64,000 bases of DNA, taken from assembly GCA_040954595.2 (NCBI GenBank), contig CM082596.2, positions 5,406,791 to 5,470,790 on the forward strand, in the 5' to 3' direction. Source of the DNA: Balanoglossus misakiensis. Lineage: Eukaryota; Animalia; Hemichordata. Below are positions 28,301 through 41,271 of the stretch, piece after piece (the first letter of the stretch is position 1; each line of letters opens with the position of its first letter). The notes under the pieces are model-generated. The model had not been told where the DNA came from and searched no databases. It saw only the letters and a list, made by a program, of their open reading frames with translations. Both the position numbers and the translations under genes were made by a program.

Positions 28301-31300
28301 ATTGGTGACATACATTTACGTCCTCATTTTGTAGCAGAAGATTTATGATGCTGACATACTTTAATTTCATTTTCACGGGAATTTACTTGTGAGGCAAAAG
28401 ACATTTGATTTTCAGTTATCTCATTCGTGGGAAGCTGAATTATTTATTCTCAGAGAAGGTGTGGATATCACCAATTTTAACAAATTTTCATTGCCCCTTC
28501 CCCCGCTAGTATTTGTTGCGAACCTGTAGTTTTGTATGGTTCAATTGGACTTGTAGACAGTGAAACGGGTGAGGGAACATGCATACATCTTACATACAGC
28601 TGAAGTGAACAGTGCCATCACAAGACTTGAATTGCCACAATCTATCTGATTTCACATTTAGTCATCTGTTATATTTACTTGTACTCTATGTGTCTTGATG
28701 GATAGGTAGTAATTTGTACAAGTTAATTTAACTGTTATTATTCACTTGATGTATTCATTTCATCATATGAAATTCTGTAGTGCTTGTAAACTGGAATCAA
28801 TCACATTTGTAAAAGGTTTGATTATCTCTGTATGGGTAGTACCTATCCATACAGAAATTTCTCAGAAGATTAAATTCAGAAAATACATGTGATTGATGTT
28901 TAAAACAAGACAAGCGGAAATTGAGCCAGTATTGTCGTTGTGTCTACAGCCTATGTTTCTGACGTGTCTCTTCAGGCGACAGTTATATCCTCATATATTT
29001 TTCATTAGGATCCATATTGCTATCCCGGCCCTTGCTGGGAGAATAAAACGACCCCATTCAGAGTTGATGCCAACTGTATATACTCGCAACTGCGGTGGCA
29101 GAGTCGGGCTGTTCTCAGTGATTGAATCAACGTTTGTCCGAATACGCCATTTCTCTGCGACGGTGCGTCGCGTGCACGCAGTGAATCGAACACACAGTCG
29201 CAGTTCCCAGACTGACACTGGGCGAGTTGCTATGGAAACGCAAATCACCCCTGGATGCTTGTCTGTGAAATCCTGCATAGACACCCGCATCCCAAGCCCC
29301 CATGAATGATGAATTGATGGACTTTAATTCTCTCATATTCGCCTGTCATCACAGATTTGTCGGAAATTTGAAACCTGAGATGCCATCTGAAAGAGCCTTT
29401 ACCAAAACTAATACTACCATCGTGCACCTCCAGGAAACGCAGAAATTCACGCCAGACTACTCAACAGCATTATCAAGAGCCTAACTCCGATAACCGATCG
29501 CTTTACCAGCGCTTAGCAACTCATTCTCAGTGCGCGTGGGACTCAGAGTTTTTTGTTTCCACTGCAGTGAATTTTAATTTGATTCAGATCAGAACAACCA
29601 GCAGATAATGGCTGAGTGTACAGGCCATTGTAACTCAGCTTACAGCTCTTTACTCCAGAATCTCGCCAGGCACGCAATTCCAGTGAAGCCTGTTAGCAGT
29701 GCACGTTAGATTTTCAAATTAGAACGTAGATTCGCCCCACAGACAAACATGACCAGTGGCATCCCATTGAAGTCAATCACAGACAGTGATCTTCAACTGA
29801 TTCAGGCAAGGTTGTAGTCAAGGCTAGGGTATTATTGATGCTATCTCCAGATGATTGCATTAAGATTACAGCAGAGGTAGAGTTACTTACGTTGATATCC
29901 CCCCACCTTGACTGTATAATCTCGCCCCTAACATTTTGAAGTTTACCTTCTCTCATTGACGTCAAGGGGAGGCCACAGTGTTATACTTCTCCCCTGTTGG
30001 GTGCATTGATGTTCAATTTGAAAATTAAACGTGGGCTATTAGACAGTGGTGAGGATTCACTGGGACACCTGGTTAGATTCTAGACTAGCTCTTCTTCCTA
30101 TGCAGTTCAATATGCTGATAGGAAAAAGTTCGTGTGAACTCGTAAGGTGTCTGATTGCATTTGACGTGTGATTACATTTTATGTGGGAGGGTTCGATGAT
30201 TTGAGTTTAGACAGGTGGTTGCTGTGAAATACATGTATGAGAAGGATTTTGCTTCTCATCATGTTGTCCAAAGCTCATTTTGTGCTTTATCCGATATATA
30301 CAGACTTAGCAAATGAAAAATGCTGAATCCGATACAGACTTGCATATAAAGAGATATTGACATTTTGTATCACCATTTTCTTCATCTTTTTTTCCCCGAC
30401 AGTGTGATATTTGTGCTGGGAATATCTCCAGGTCCGAAGACCCGGTGGACATGCCGTGCAATCATCAGTTTTGCCGACTGTGCTGGGAAAGGTGAGTGAT
30501 GTATCCATGAATTGGCTCCTTGTGCTAGAGACTGCGGTCTGCACAGGTGTTAGATTTCTGTGACTGTGGGATAAAACGCCACGGTTGATTTGGTGCACGT
30601 CATCCCTGTCTGCACTGTTCACATCACAGATTACTCTGTGGTTATCACGTTACACACGGATCATCAACTTACATGTACATGTGTCTACTGAGGAAGACAA
30701 AGAATAACATACATATATGGGCTCTTTTTCAGTTTCTATCCCCTGTGTGTTCTCTGCACATAATATTGAGCATCATGTTCCGTAGTCAAGACTTGGAGAA
30801 CAAGTCAAGTGTCTCATTGATTTAAAAAATCACTTCAGACGTCTGACATCTGTACATTCTGTGACGCATTCTTAAGACAAAAATTATGCATGTATCTATT
30901 CTCAAGTTTTTAGTCCTAAATTGCGTGTGTATTTTCACAGCTATCTCACTGGCAAGATCCAAGATGGCGATGCTCACAATATTCTCTGCCCGGCTTATGA
31001 CTGCACGAAGCTGGTTCCCCTGGAAACCATTGAAAACTTGGTGTCTAGAGACATGGCCAGGAGATACCTGCAGTTTGACATCAAGGTAAACATGGACTTT
31101 TTCGTGTTATGTCATATGCATGTATACTGGTCACAGTATTATTGACAAACACATACAATGTACTAACCCTAACTTGAATACAGTTTTCAAACAATAACAA
31201 TGTTGATTGTGAAATATGATTGTGGACACATGGACAATGTTGAGAAGTATGCATTTACCCTAGCTCAGGGTGCCAAACAAGAAACCACGTCTGATACACA

Positions 31301-34300
31301 GAATAAAAATATGGACGAAATAGCCAAATGTTGCGGATAACTGAGCTTTAAAAGATATCAACCTATACTGTTCAATTGCTCTGTGGAGAACTCTGTAAGA
31401 TGGTAAAAGTTGCAAGAAATGACAGCGGTTATTACACCAAGAATGCTCAGAGCTTCTCCACCATAGAACACATTAAATACAGCATTAATATCTACTCTTT
31501 TAATATTTTATTAATGTGTGGTGTTCCCCTTTATGAACTATGAGTTTTACAGTTTTACGAGTTTGTACAATTTCATGACTGTGCCAATAACAGGAAATGG
31601 CTGCCAGAGCAATAAACTTGAGAAGCGACTCCATAAATTACAATAACAAACCTGTAAAATTTACAGCCTGGATGATATTATTTTGACATTTAAAGGAATT
31701 GAAGAAGGATGTAATTTCATGTTTTATACCTTGGACTCAGCCACCTGTGAAAATGAAAGGGAAACTCCTAAAAACACGGAATGTGCCAAGTGTCGTTTTT
31801 TTGTGGCCAGTTTTTCATGGAGACATCTGTGCAGATGCTTTTATATCTGTTAGATTTGAATACAACAACATGGGGATGTGTTTGATAGAGTGTTAAGAAA
31901 TAGACCAAAAATGTAATTTGTATTAATGGCATTTATCCTTCCTTCCTTCCTTCCAGGCGTTTGTTGAGAGCAATCCACATATCAAGTGGTGTATCTTTCC
32001 CGGGTGCGGCCGCGCCGTCAAGTACCCAGAGGGGGAAGCCACAGCAAGGGGAATGGCCAGCAATTACACTGCACCCCCTCCGACATCAAAGTCGGTGGAC
32101 TGTGGTAGCGGTCATTTCTTCTGCTGGTAAGTATCGATGACATCATGTATACTGTAAAACCGGTTATTTTCGCGAGCGATAAATTTACGCGAAATAATCT
32201 TGATGCACTGATTAATTTTGCAATGATTGTTCATGTGATCAATTGCTGTAGTAACCATTTTTGATGGTATAATTTTCTGGATATATCTATATTTATTGAT
32301 ATCTTTATGTTTTGTTTTAACGTCTACACCAGGAATTGCCTTGGGGAAGCACACGAGCCTTGCAGCTGTGAAAACCTGAAAGTATGGCACGAGAAAATCG
32401 CAGAAATAAAACCAGAAGAATGTAAGTTTATTTTTTCTGTGAATTTTTTAATTATTGTGTTTTGAAGGCTAGGAAGAGGATGAGAAGTCAAGATGATATT
32501 TTTTCTCTGTGATCATTTGTCAACAATATGACACTGCACACAATTCAAAGCATGATCATGATCATCTTTTGAGTGTGTGGTCTATGGCCATATGGGTGAG
32601 TTCATGCAAGCTGTGTATCCCTTGCAGTGACCAACACCACCAAAGACTCAGAATCAGCAGCCAATTTCCTGTGGTTGGTGACCAACTCCAAACCATGTCC
32701 GAAGTGTACCTCGCCCATACAGAAGAACGAAGGCTGCAATCACATGAAATGCACAAAGGTAAGTCATAAAAGTGTGCATTATCTCTCCGTTGTCTATGCC
32801 AAGTATGTTTGTGATTGGCTGATTCAAATGTGGAATATACATGTATCATTGATGATTGGCTGATTCAAATATAGAAATATATCGTTGACCAATCAGAAAA
32901 CGGTCTGGTTGGTTACATGTGATGTCATAATTTTTTCAGGCCTATTGGGCTATAATTCAACTGAAATATCTTCACCACCCACTCGGCAGAAACTATGCAT
33001 TGGAGAGAGGGTTCATCAATGTTGATCTCGTATATCTGAACCTGCTTTGTGTAGATTGAATACTGACGTGTTTTTTGGGGGGATTGAATTTCAGTGCAAG
33101 TATGATTTCTGCTGGGTTTGTCTTGAGCCATGGAACAAGCATGGATCAGCCACCGGGGGTTACTTCAGGTGCAATAGATACGAGGCTGTGCAGAAGGCAG
33201 ATGAAAAGTCGGGTGTTGTCATACAGGAGGTGAGAATAGTTAATTGTACAGTGAAACCTGTGTTAGTGGCCACCTCTATATAGTGGCCACTTTGTTACAG
33301 TCCCTGTGCAATTTACATGTACAGTCTTAGTGGCCACCTCTATATAGTGGCCACTTTGTTACAGTCCCTGTGCAATTTACATGTACAGTCTTAGTGGCCA
33401 CCTCTATATAGTGGCCACTTTGTTACAGTCCCTATGCATGTACTGTCTATAAAGGCTCATTTAGAAATGTCCTGGCTGTCTGTCCTTGTCAGGAATGTGA
33501 TAATCATATTTAGCTAGAAAAAGATGATCCTTTGGTGATAATTACTTCTCCTCAAACTGCAGGCTGAAGAGAAGAACAAGAAAATGCAAGAATTGAACAA
33601 ATTTGTTCATTACTACACACGGTATAAGAATCATGAAAATAGCTTCAAACTGGAACAACCGCTGATACGATCAGCGAAGGAGAAGATGATGATTCTCGCC
33701 AAAGCTGTGACTGACTCAGGTAGGAATACATATACATCGCCTAGGTGTATAAGCTGAATTCACTGAAAATGACTTCTGCTATTAAGGTTTGTGAAAAGCT
33801 TTCCAGAAAGAAAAGCATCCCCTGGCAGTGAAAGTGTCATAATCTTTGTTTCGTGGCGGTCACAAAACAAGTTTGGAAAAATGTTACAATGCACAGTGTA
33901 ACATTTCCTGACAGTTTCAATCGCCTCTACCGAAAGCGCTGTACAGCCAAAAATTATCCCACCTCAACAGCAGACACGAACACTGCCATTCACCAGAGTA
34001 ACTCCAAAAAATGTTTGTCTGTGTCATTTCCAGCCAATGCAGCCAGTGAAACCCAATTCATCGTAGAAGCCATCAATGAACTGCTGAAAGCAAGGAGAGT
34101 ACTCAAGTTCTCGTATGCCTATGGGTATTACTTGGAGGATGATAATAGAACCAAGACAATATTTGAATTTATGCAGGTAAGATGAGTATCAAAGATTGGA
34201 AGTAAACATTTAGGTGTTTTCCGAGTCTGCATGAATTCCACAATCTTCCATTAGAGTTGTCAAGAGTTCTACATTCAGAAGCTGTTATTTCTTTTTCAGA

Positions 34301-37300
34301 CTGAGTTAGAAGAAGCAACAGAGACCTTGTCCCAAATGGTAGCCCGTCCGTACCTGCGTACCCCGAGATACAAAATCATCCAATCCGCCCAACTTGTTCA
34401 GAGGAAGCGCCACGAGTTCCTTTCAGCCGTCTCCAAGGGTCTCATCCCGCCAGAAGAAACGCCCCCGCTTCTCAGGAGGAAACAGTTTGCCAGGAAGAAC
34501 ATCTTCAACTTTGAAAATGATGATGTGAGTGGCTGCTTTGGGTATCAGTGTGTTTCAAGGTTAAACTGCTGCAAAATTCCAAATTTGAAACCCTGTGGAA
34601 AATTCTCGCAAGTACCGGAAAAATGAAGTTTGTTCCTGGAAAGTCCCAGAAAAATAATTAGCCTGTGTGTTATATTTTCATAAAAAGTTGACCAGTTATG
34701 CCATTATCATGAAATGCCGATGACCATAAAAAATATTCACAGATATTATGGGTACAGTCATTCTCAAATTGCCTGGAAAAATCCACTAAAATGCTCCTGG
34801 AAAGGTTCAGAATTTTGATGACTGTGCAAAGCATGAACCCTGGTGTTTATATAACCACTGTCTCCCACATTTAACAAACACAGGATGGTGATGCGTTACG
34901 CCAGGCCATTGCAGCATCCTTGCAAGAGATGCCACCGGGCGGAGATGGCTGGATGATGGACAAGTCCGGTCGGCATAACAACATACCGCTCTTGTATGAA
35001 TACTTGGGATTTGATTCCGAGGAGTCGGACGACGCTTCTCCTACTGCTACTGATTCAAGTAAGGGTAAATATCACTGTTGGGCCACAAGAAGACTTGTAG
35101 CCCAACTGGCATGGTCAAGTACAAAGCCTTTCCGTGGCTCAATCTAGTCAAGTACAAAACGTACATGCAGGTATCATTTTAGTGTTAGGACAGTCACCCC
35201 CTGGGACATCTCCACCATGGTAAATGATAAGGTTAAGATAGTGTCCTGTGGGTATATTTACAGGGGGTAACACTACAATAGCATTTCCCTGTGCTTCTGG
35301 TCCTCTGCTTTGGCCATATGCTACCCTCTTGTCATTACAGTTAGGCAGGAATTCTCAAATTTCATGGACCATGATAGATCAAACAATCAATTTATGATAG
35401 GTATTGCGATATTGTAACATTGTCGTTTTTTTTTCTCTCTCTCTCTCAGCAATTTGTTTACATCCTGGCTGTGAAAAACAAAGAGCGAAGAACAAGAGAA
35501 CGGGCGCACTGCACGAGTACTGTGGTCTCAAATGCATGAGACAGGATAAGCTGTCACGGATGGAATCAGGTATGGTGGCAACTGCCTCTTGACATCAAAG
35601 TTCATCACTGAAATTCCAGAATGTGTGGTGAATGTGTTGGTTTTGAAGCTAGCGTCTGTTCTCTGAAAAAAGAACATATGCTTTTGTGTATTTGATATAT
35701 ACAACTATATATTTTTACAGTGAAGGTGTCCATTTAGATCAAGAAGGAAAAATACGTTGTTCCTCAGAATTGAAGCATCCGATTTATGCAATTTAGATTT
35801 TTCACTTTCTTGTTGATGATGTCATGTTGCATTTTTTCAGGTGTGCCGATAATCAATAATGGTGCTTTGTAGTGTTCCTTCGAATGAAACGTTTTCCTTT
35901 TGCTAATTTGTCTTTGCAGACTCGCCACCATACTGCGAAGAGGAGAACACGATAAACAATGAGCAAATAGATCTGCTGCGTGCCCTGGAGATGTCCAGAC
36001 TTCTTCTATTGGAACAAACAGAACAACTGGATAAACGCTCAGAAGATGAAGCTTCATCAAGGTACGTATGGCATCCGTATGTGGTATAAGACAATCAAAA
36101 TGTTTGGGGAGGGGAGGGGAGGGGAGGGTTATATACATGTAAGAGACATTGATAGGTTTGGGGAGGGGAGGGTTATTATATGAGATGTGGATATGTGTCA
36201 CTTAAGTGGGTCTACTTTTCTTGTAAGATTTACCCAGAAATGGGTTATATTTGCTTTGGGTATATTGACTTTGGGTTAGAAGTTTGCTATATTCAGCTCT
36301 GTTTTTCTTAATGCTCTAGTCAATAAATTCTGAGAGTTTGGGTTCAGAAGCTGGTAGATTTCCAGCCACAGAAGGGCAGTCAGTGCATAGTCCAAAGCAT
36401 TATTTACTTTTTGAAGAAGCAAAACTTTTGCAAGATCCAAGGTAGCATGCCTTTGGGGCAATAGTTCTGACGTGCTGTATAATACTTTGTTTCCACCTGC
36501 CTGTTTCTCACACACACACGTTTGCTCCTCTTGCAGTCATGCCCTACAGCTGCCAGCGCTCGTTCAGAAACTGACCTCGCCCCGGCAGAAGAGGCGCATC
36601 AGTCAAAGGAGGGAGGAACCACCATCACCGTCTGCAGCAGCAACAACAGTAAACAAGGCAGAGGGAGCCGTCAGTGGAGAAACAAGTCACGATGATGAGC
36701 TGGAACTACAGAGAGCCTTGGAGATGTCCTGTCAGTCCTTAAAAGAAGGTATTCCCATACATTTTACATCTGGAATGGGATTATTCCATGTTCTGGGTAG
36801 TAGAATGCCATGGATATCTGCATTTGCCAGATGCTACTTAAAAAAGTGAAGGCCGTTTGTACTGACAGGTTATCTCTCTCTCCTTTTTTTTGACTGATTA
36901 TAGTTGTTTCCCGTGTAAGTCCAACTCCTCGGCCAGAGACAGACCTTGAGAGGGCTCTGAAACTTTCCTTACAAGAGCCCCACCCGGGGACTTCTGAGAA
37001 GAAAGGTAAGGGCATGTGTGTCGCTAGATTCTTTGCTGAAACTGGTACTGATTCCATACATTTTTTTTTACCCTCAACATGGTTAAATTTTACATAATGT
37101 ATCCCGATATGTAAGGAATTGTGCACAACATATGAAGGACTGTGTCAATGTGCATTTTAAAAGCATCAAGAAAGAAAATTATGATCAAACCCTGTGTGTA
37201 TGCCATATGAAGTAAAGGGCTCACTGTCTGTAACAAATGATCAACTCATGCAGAAAACAAGTGACTGACAAAAATGTCTGTGAAATGGAAATGGTATTAA

Positions 37301-38551
37301 CAGTGCCTCTTTTGTCTGACTCGTATAGATCCTGCAGTAGGAGTCAGTGTGGTGGATAATGATGCCTCCAGTGAAATCGACCTGGAAGAGCTCTTGACCA
37401 TGAGCGGTTGTTTCAAACTGACCCGCGACGACGCAGAGAGCCAGTGCAATCGAACTGAAGTGCAATACCCGTTACTTGCTCAGGCCGCTGGTGGCCACAA
37501 GGACGGGACAACAGAGGAGGGTCTCCGTCTTGACGATCTGGAGATTCCCAGTTTCCAGATCCACGGCCCGACTACGGGTGGCGAGACAGAGGCCGAAGTG
37601 AAGGACCAGACGAGCGGGGTGCAAGTGAGCGAGGCTGCGTCCGACGCCTCGTGCCGACGCCCGGACATTTCCGTGCCGACGGTGAGGGTGCGGGACCACT
37701 CTCCCCTGAGGAGAACCTGCAGCGGACCGGGGTCCCCTGCCCGGGGGAGATCCCCAGTGCTTGGTCTGCTGCTCCCGCCATCGCCCCACGCCCGGGTGAC
37801 GCGATCGCTGAGCGCGCCCCAGGAGGGCGCTTCGTCAAAGGCGGAGCCGAACAGCCCTGGCGCGCTTAAGAACCGGCGGGTGGGCAGCTCGCCGACGGAG
37901 AGGTGTTTCCTGGAGCCGGGGGACAGCCCCCACATGTGGGACTCCAGCTTTCTGGACTACAGGGTGTGTCGGAGTCCGCAGGGCAGTCCCTGCTGCCAGA
38001 GAAGCCGGGACGCCAAGGCAAGCACCGACAAAGACGTCTGGAAGAAGAACATCGACGACATCTGGCAGAAGATGCCGACGACGCCCGAGGGTCTGAAAGC
38101 GCAGAGTACGTCGCCCCCTGGTTCGACCGCGCAGTCTCTGGAGCGCGCCTTCGAACTCGTGCACTTCCCCTCGAAGCAGAACCAGACCAAAGAAGAAGTA
38201 GCACTGCCGTTCGCTGCTGCTCCGGAGCAGGAGAAGAGTTCGGCCCCGAAGCTGCGGAAGAACCGGCACTCGATTTACAGTTCGTCGCCTTCCAGGGCGC
38301 AATCTCTAGAAGTGAAAGAGAAGAGGCGGACACGATCGGTCAGTCCGGCGCCACGGCGATCGGTTGAAGCTGCCACTTTGCGAGCGGGGGTGGAGGAGGG
38401 GGCCGGGGCGTGCGCTGCTGATGGAGCCACGGGCCGAAGCGCGATCGGGTTTACAAGAGAGAGAAGTGACAAAGAACGGCGACGGAAAAAGGAGAAACGT
38501 TCGAGAAGGAAAGAAAAAGAGGCTGAAGTGGGATGGCAATTGTACGTGTGA
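10358..38551 (+). CDS. ANKIB1: Ankyrin repeat and IBR domain-containing protein 1 (RBR E3 ubiquitin ligase), about 1392 aa, 22 coding exons
   Basis: Exons 10358-10545, 11905-12112, 17369-17425, 18505-18630, 20863-20922, 21328-21445, 21800-21963, 30403-30491, 30941-31085, 31957-32126, 32333-32421, 32628-32758, 33095-33229, 33563-33719, 34034-34176, 34300-34524, 34884-35058 (or 35064), 35450-35569, 35920-36061, 36537-36748, 36904-37005, 37329-38551; phases compatible, total 4179 nt. N-terminus [12 protein letters not shown]...LDPNLSYG...HNTPLHY; ankyrin GNTALHYAA; RING1 CDIC...[10 protein letters not shown]; [11 protein letters not shown]...[19 protein letters not shown]; RING2 KPCPKC...[19 protein letters not shown]; Ariadne-like helical region. 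Confidence 0.93.
19428..19468. repeat. (TG)n microsatellite plus G run
   Basis: Directly visible. Confidence 0.95.
27912..28129. mobile_element. piggyBac-like MITE remnant
   Basis: Left CCCTATGAATGCCA after ttaaa; right TGGCGTTGAAAGGG|TTAA; imperfect TIR with CCC/GGG ends. Confidence 0.5.
32150..32197. mobile_element. Truncated copy of the 56803-57002 MITE
   Basis: TACTGTAAAACCGGTTATTTTCGCGAGCGATAAATTT is nearly identical to the sequence from 56801. Confidence 0.65.
33247..33480. mobile_element. Related TA|CAGTGAAACCTG MITE with an internal 64-bp tandem amplification
   Basis: Starts TACAGTGAAACCTGTGTTAGTGGCCACC; units start at 33263, 33327, 33391; homologous to 60973-61115. Confidence 0.75.
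34556..34842. mobile_element. Decayed hAT-like MITE
   Basis: CAAGGTT ... AACCCTG termini, internal CCTGGAAA repeats, gtgttt on both flanks. Confidence 0.4.
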
Positions 38552-41240
38552 AGTTAAAAATTTTGGACCACATTGATTTTAAATTTTTGCAGTGCCTGGT
38601 ACAATCTGAACCATGTCACATCCAAATTTCAATGGAATAATACTTTGTAAGTCCATATAGCTATTTGGGTTGTATGGGTACATGAAAGTCCAGTTACTGG
38701 TGCAGTCAAGAATATATATATTTGCAGCGCACTTGAACACCCAAATTTTAAATTTTTTTCGTTTATATTTTGTGAAGTTCTGTGTTGAAATGTCAAATTT
38801 TAGCTTTGTGAAACTTGAGATATCACACTTTTGTATGTGATTTGATTTTGTATTCATGTTTGATGTGCTGAGAACTGTTTTTAATTTTTCATCAGCTGCA
38901 TAGATCACGTACCCATTGGACGAAATCAGATTTCTGTTATTTTTAGACTTTGCTTGAGTGTAGGTTTGCTCTTGACACCAGAAATGTGCCCATGCACATG
39001 CCTTGGGTCGTTGTATAGATTGTGTTTACCACCAGCACATGCGACTGTTATGAAAGACCCGACACGAAGACAGTTTGATAAATTCAATCATTTCAATTTA
39101 CACAGATCACGTGACAAAAGAAAATACATTTCATCAGAGATATTTTTAAATTTTAGTCTAGTTTGTGTACAATGACACGCTGTCTTTTCCATCATGTTTG
39201 TTGATTTAGCTAGACAAGTTGAATTTTTATATATTTTCAGACAAACTGCAGTTCTGAAATATATTTGTTGTATATGTGCTGGGTTCATTTACTCTGCAAG
39301 AGCAATTTACATGTTTGCACACGATGGTTTGAATGAAGTATACATTGATTTCTGAAATATACCAAGTAATGGTACAGCTTATCAGATTTGAACATGGACA
39401 GTTCCATTGCCTGTGATTAGGCAGAGGAACGCGGTCGATAAACAGGAATGTTCTTAGAATATTCGATCAGAAGTGAATATAGAAAGCAAATCCTTACTTG
39501 CAGATTGTATGAATTTTCACAATATTTGTGCATTTATTGGTAATCTTGCACCAAATACAAAATTGTACATTTGCTTAAAGATATAATTTTAATTGTCATA
39601 AACAAAAATGTGGATTAATGTCAAGGTGCAATTGTAATTACTTGCTTACAAGTGCAGAGATTTGAAGTTGATTTCTGAAGGATTGTAATTTATATATATT
39701 TCAGTGAGCAATGTGAAGTCTTTAATTTTGACAGATGTACCTGTCGTTGAAAGCATTTTGATTTAAATACTTCACTTTTGATGTTTGGTGCGTCTGTTGA
39801 CCCCTGCCTCTAGTGCCGTGTATTTGTATGTACTGTGAGAATCATTCAGGGTTGCAGTCAGTGGGACTTAGACAAAGAGCCGTACTGGTTTAAACGCAGT
39901 CTGTGTCGATTTGTGGTCAATTTCTCTGTTGATAGCAATGTTAGGTGAAGAAAATTGCGAACTGTAGCCATTATATGGTGCCAAAATGATATACATAAGG
40001 AGTGCCCTTGCACAAAGTTTTGTTACCCTTTCACCCCCAGTTTCCCTTTACGAAGGTCCACTTGACCGTATAAACGATATGGGTTTGGGGCAAACTATTG
40101 TGGTGAAAGGGGGTTAAAGCTGCGGTTGAACGTACATCCAAAATTGCCATTGCAAAGGCTCATCACTGCATCTTAGACACTCTAATGCTTTGAAGTGCAA
40201 TATTATACACTGACATTTGACTGAGACACATTTGTCAGTACTTGAACTAAGCTGGGATACCCAAGCTTTAATGGTCGCGTGACACACCTCAGTATTTTAC
40301 ACTTGGGCGATTTTATTTTCTTCTGGTAGCGAAATGACAGTTTAATGGAATTTACTCATTGAATGAATTGTGATTTTTTTAACGAGAGATGTGTATTTTG
40401 TTTCTATCATCATCAGTGTTGATTAACACAGTTTAGGATGCACAGCCACAGTTCCACTGAATATTAATGTGATATTTTTATGTCAATGTATTTTTTTAAT
40501 TGATTGCAGATCAAGAAAGAGAGACTGTGTCCCTTTAATGGAGATCCTAATCGTCTTGAAATTAAATTGTGAAACTGAAAATTGCAAACTCTGCTGGATG
40601 ATATCAAAAATGTCAGCCACTGGGAAACATATACAGCATGTACTGCTCATTAACTTCAGCAAAAAAAACACCAACATTCTGGAACCTTAGTACTACGAAC
40701 TGACATTTATGTCAACTTGGCAAAAAGTGGAAGTCAATTATAAGCCATGTAATCAAAGCCTTGATTTTCTTCACGTCAGAGATGACAATCTTTCTGACAG
40801 CAAGCAAAACTATTGTCTGTGTATATGGGAGTGTAATGTATCAATGTCCACACTGTGTCAATATGAAACTATTTAAATATACAATTTAATAATCTAATCG
40901 TCTCAAAACTTGGTGAAGTGACATACAGCACGCTGTATTTAAACGGAGAATTAATTTTTTTTAAATCCACAGATACAAAATGAAATTATTATAATATTTT
41001 GGAAATTTTATAGACAAATGTAAGCTGGTTTCTTTCTTTCGTATTCACCCTGCAATGTATTATCTTGTTGTCGTGCGCCTTTTCTAAGATGTTATTTACA
41101 GCATTGTACTTCTGAGGCCAGGGATACTTTTGTAATACTTATGAATCGCCTTGATTGAATATTTGCTGGCCGTGTGGGTTTTCTACATTGTACATGTACC
41201 TATGTACCTCTCTGTAGGGGTGTCATCTCTATGTTAATAT

Positions 41241-41246
41241 ATTAAA
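41241..41246 (+). terminator. Candidate polyadenylation signal ending a roughly 2.7-kb ANKIB1 3' UTR
   Basis: ATTAAA followed by a GT/T-rich tract from 41267. Earlier ATTAAA (40561) also exists, so the choice is uncertain. Confidence 0.3.
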
Positions 41247-41271
41247 CGAGACTTTCCACAAAGTCCGTGGT

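Noticed and set aside
28893-29484. Cluster of 60-138 aa ORFs in the large ANKIB1 intron as a nested gene
   Set aside because: No domain similarity or consistent exon chain; better explained as CpG-richer non-coding DNA.
33263-33433. Regularly spaced palindromic repeats resembling a CRISPR array
   Set aside because: Units are identical with no unique spacers, there are no cas genes, and the context is a eukaryotic intron within a MITE.
35094-35160. tRNA A-box-like TAGCCCAACTGG
   Set aside because: No B box or cloverleaf; no tRNA or rRNA gene could be supported anywhere in the window.
35715-35865. Possible ANKIB1 microexons after ttttacag and ttttttcag
   Set aside because: The first hits a stop in the required phase; the second has only a weak donor; flanking exons already join in frame.
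37472-38576. Many overlapping ORFs of 65-155 aa on both strands
   Set aside because: By-product of the GC-rich ANKIB1 last exon, where stops are rare; only the 37329-38551 frame is splice-compatible.
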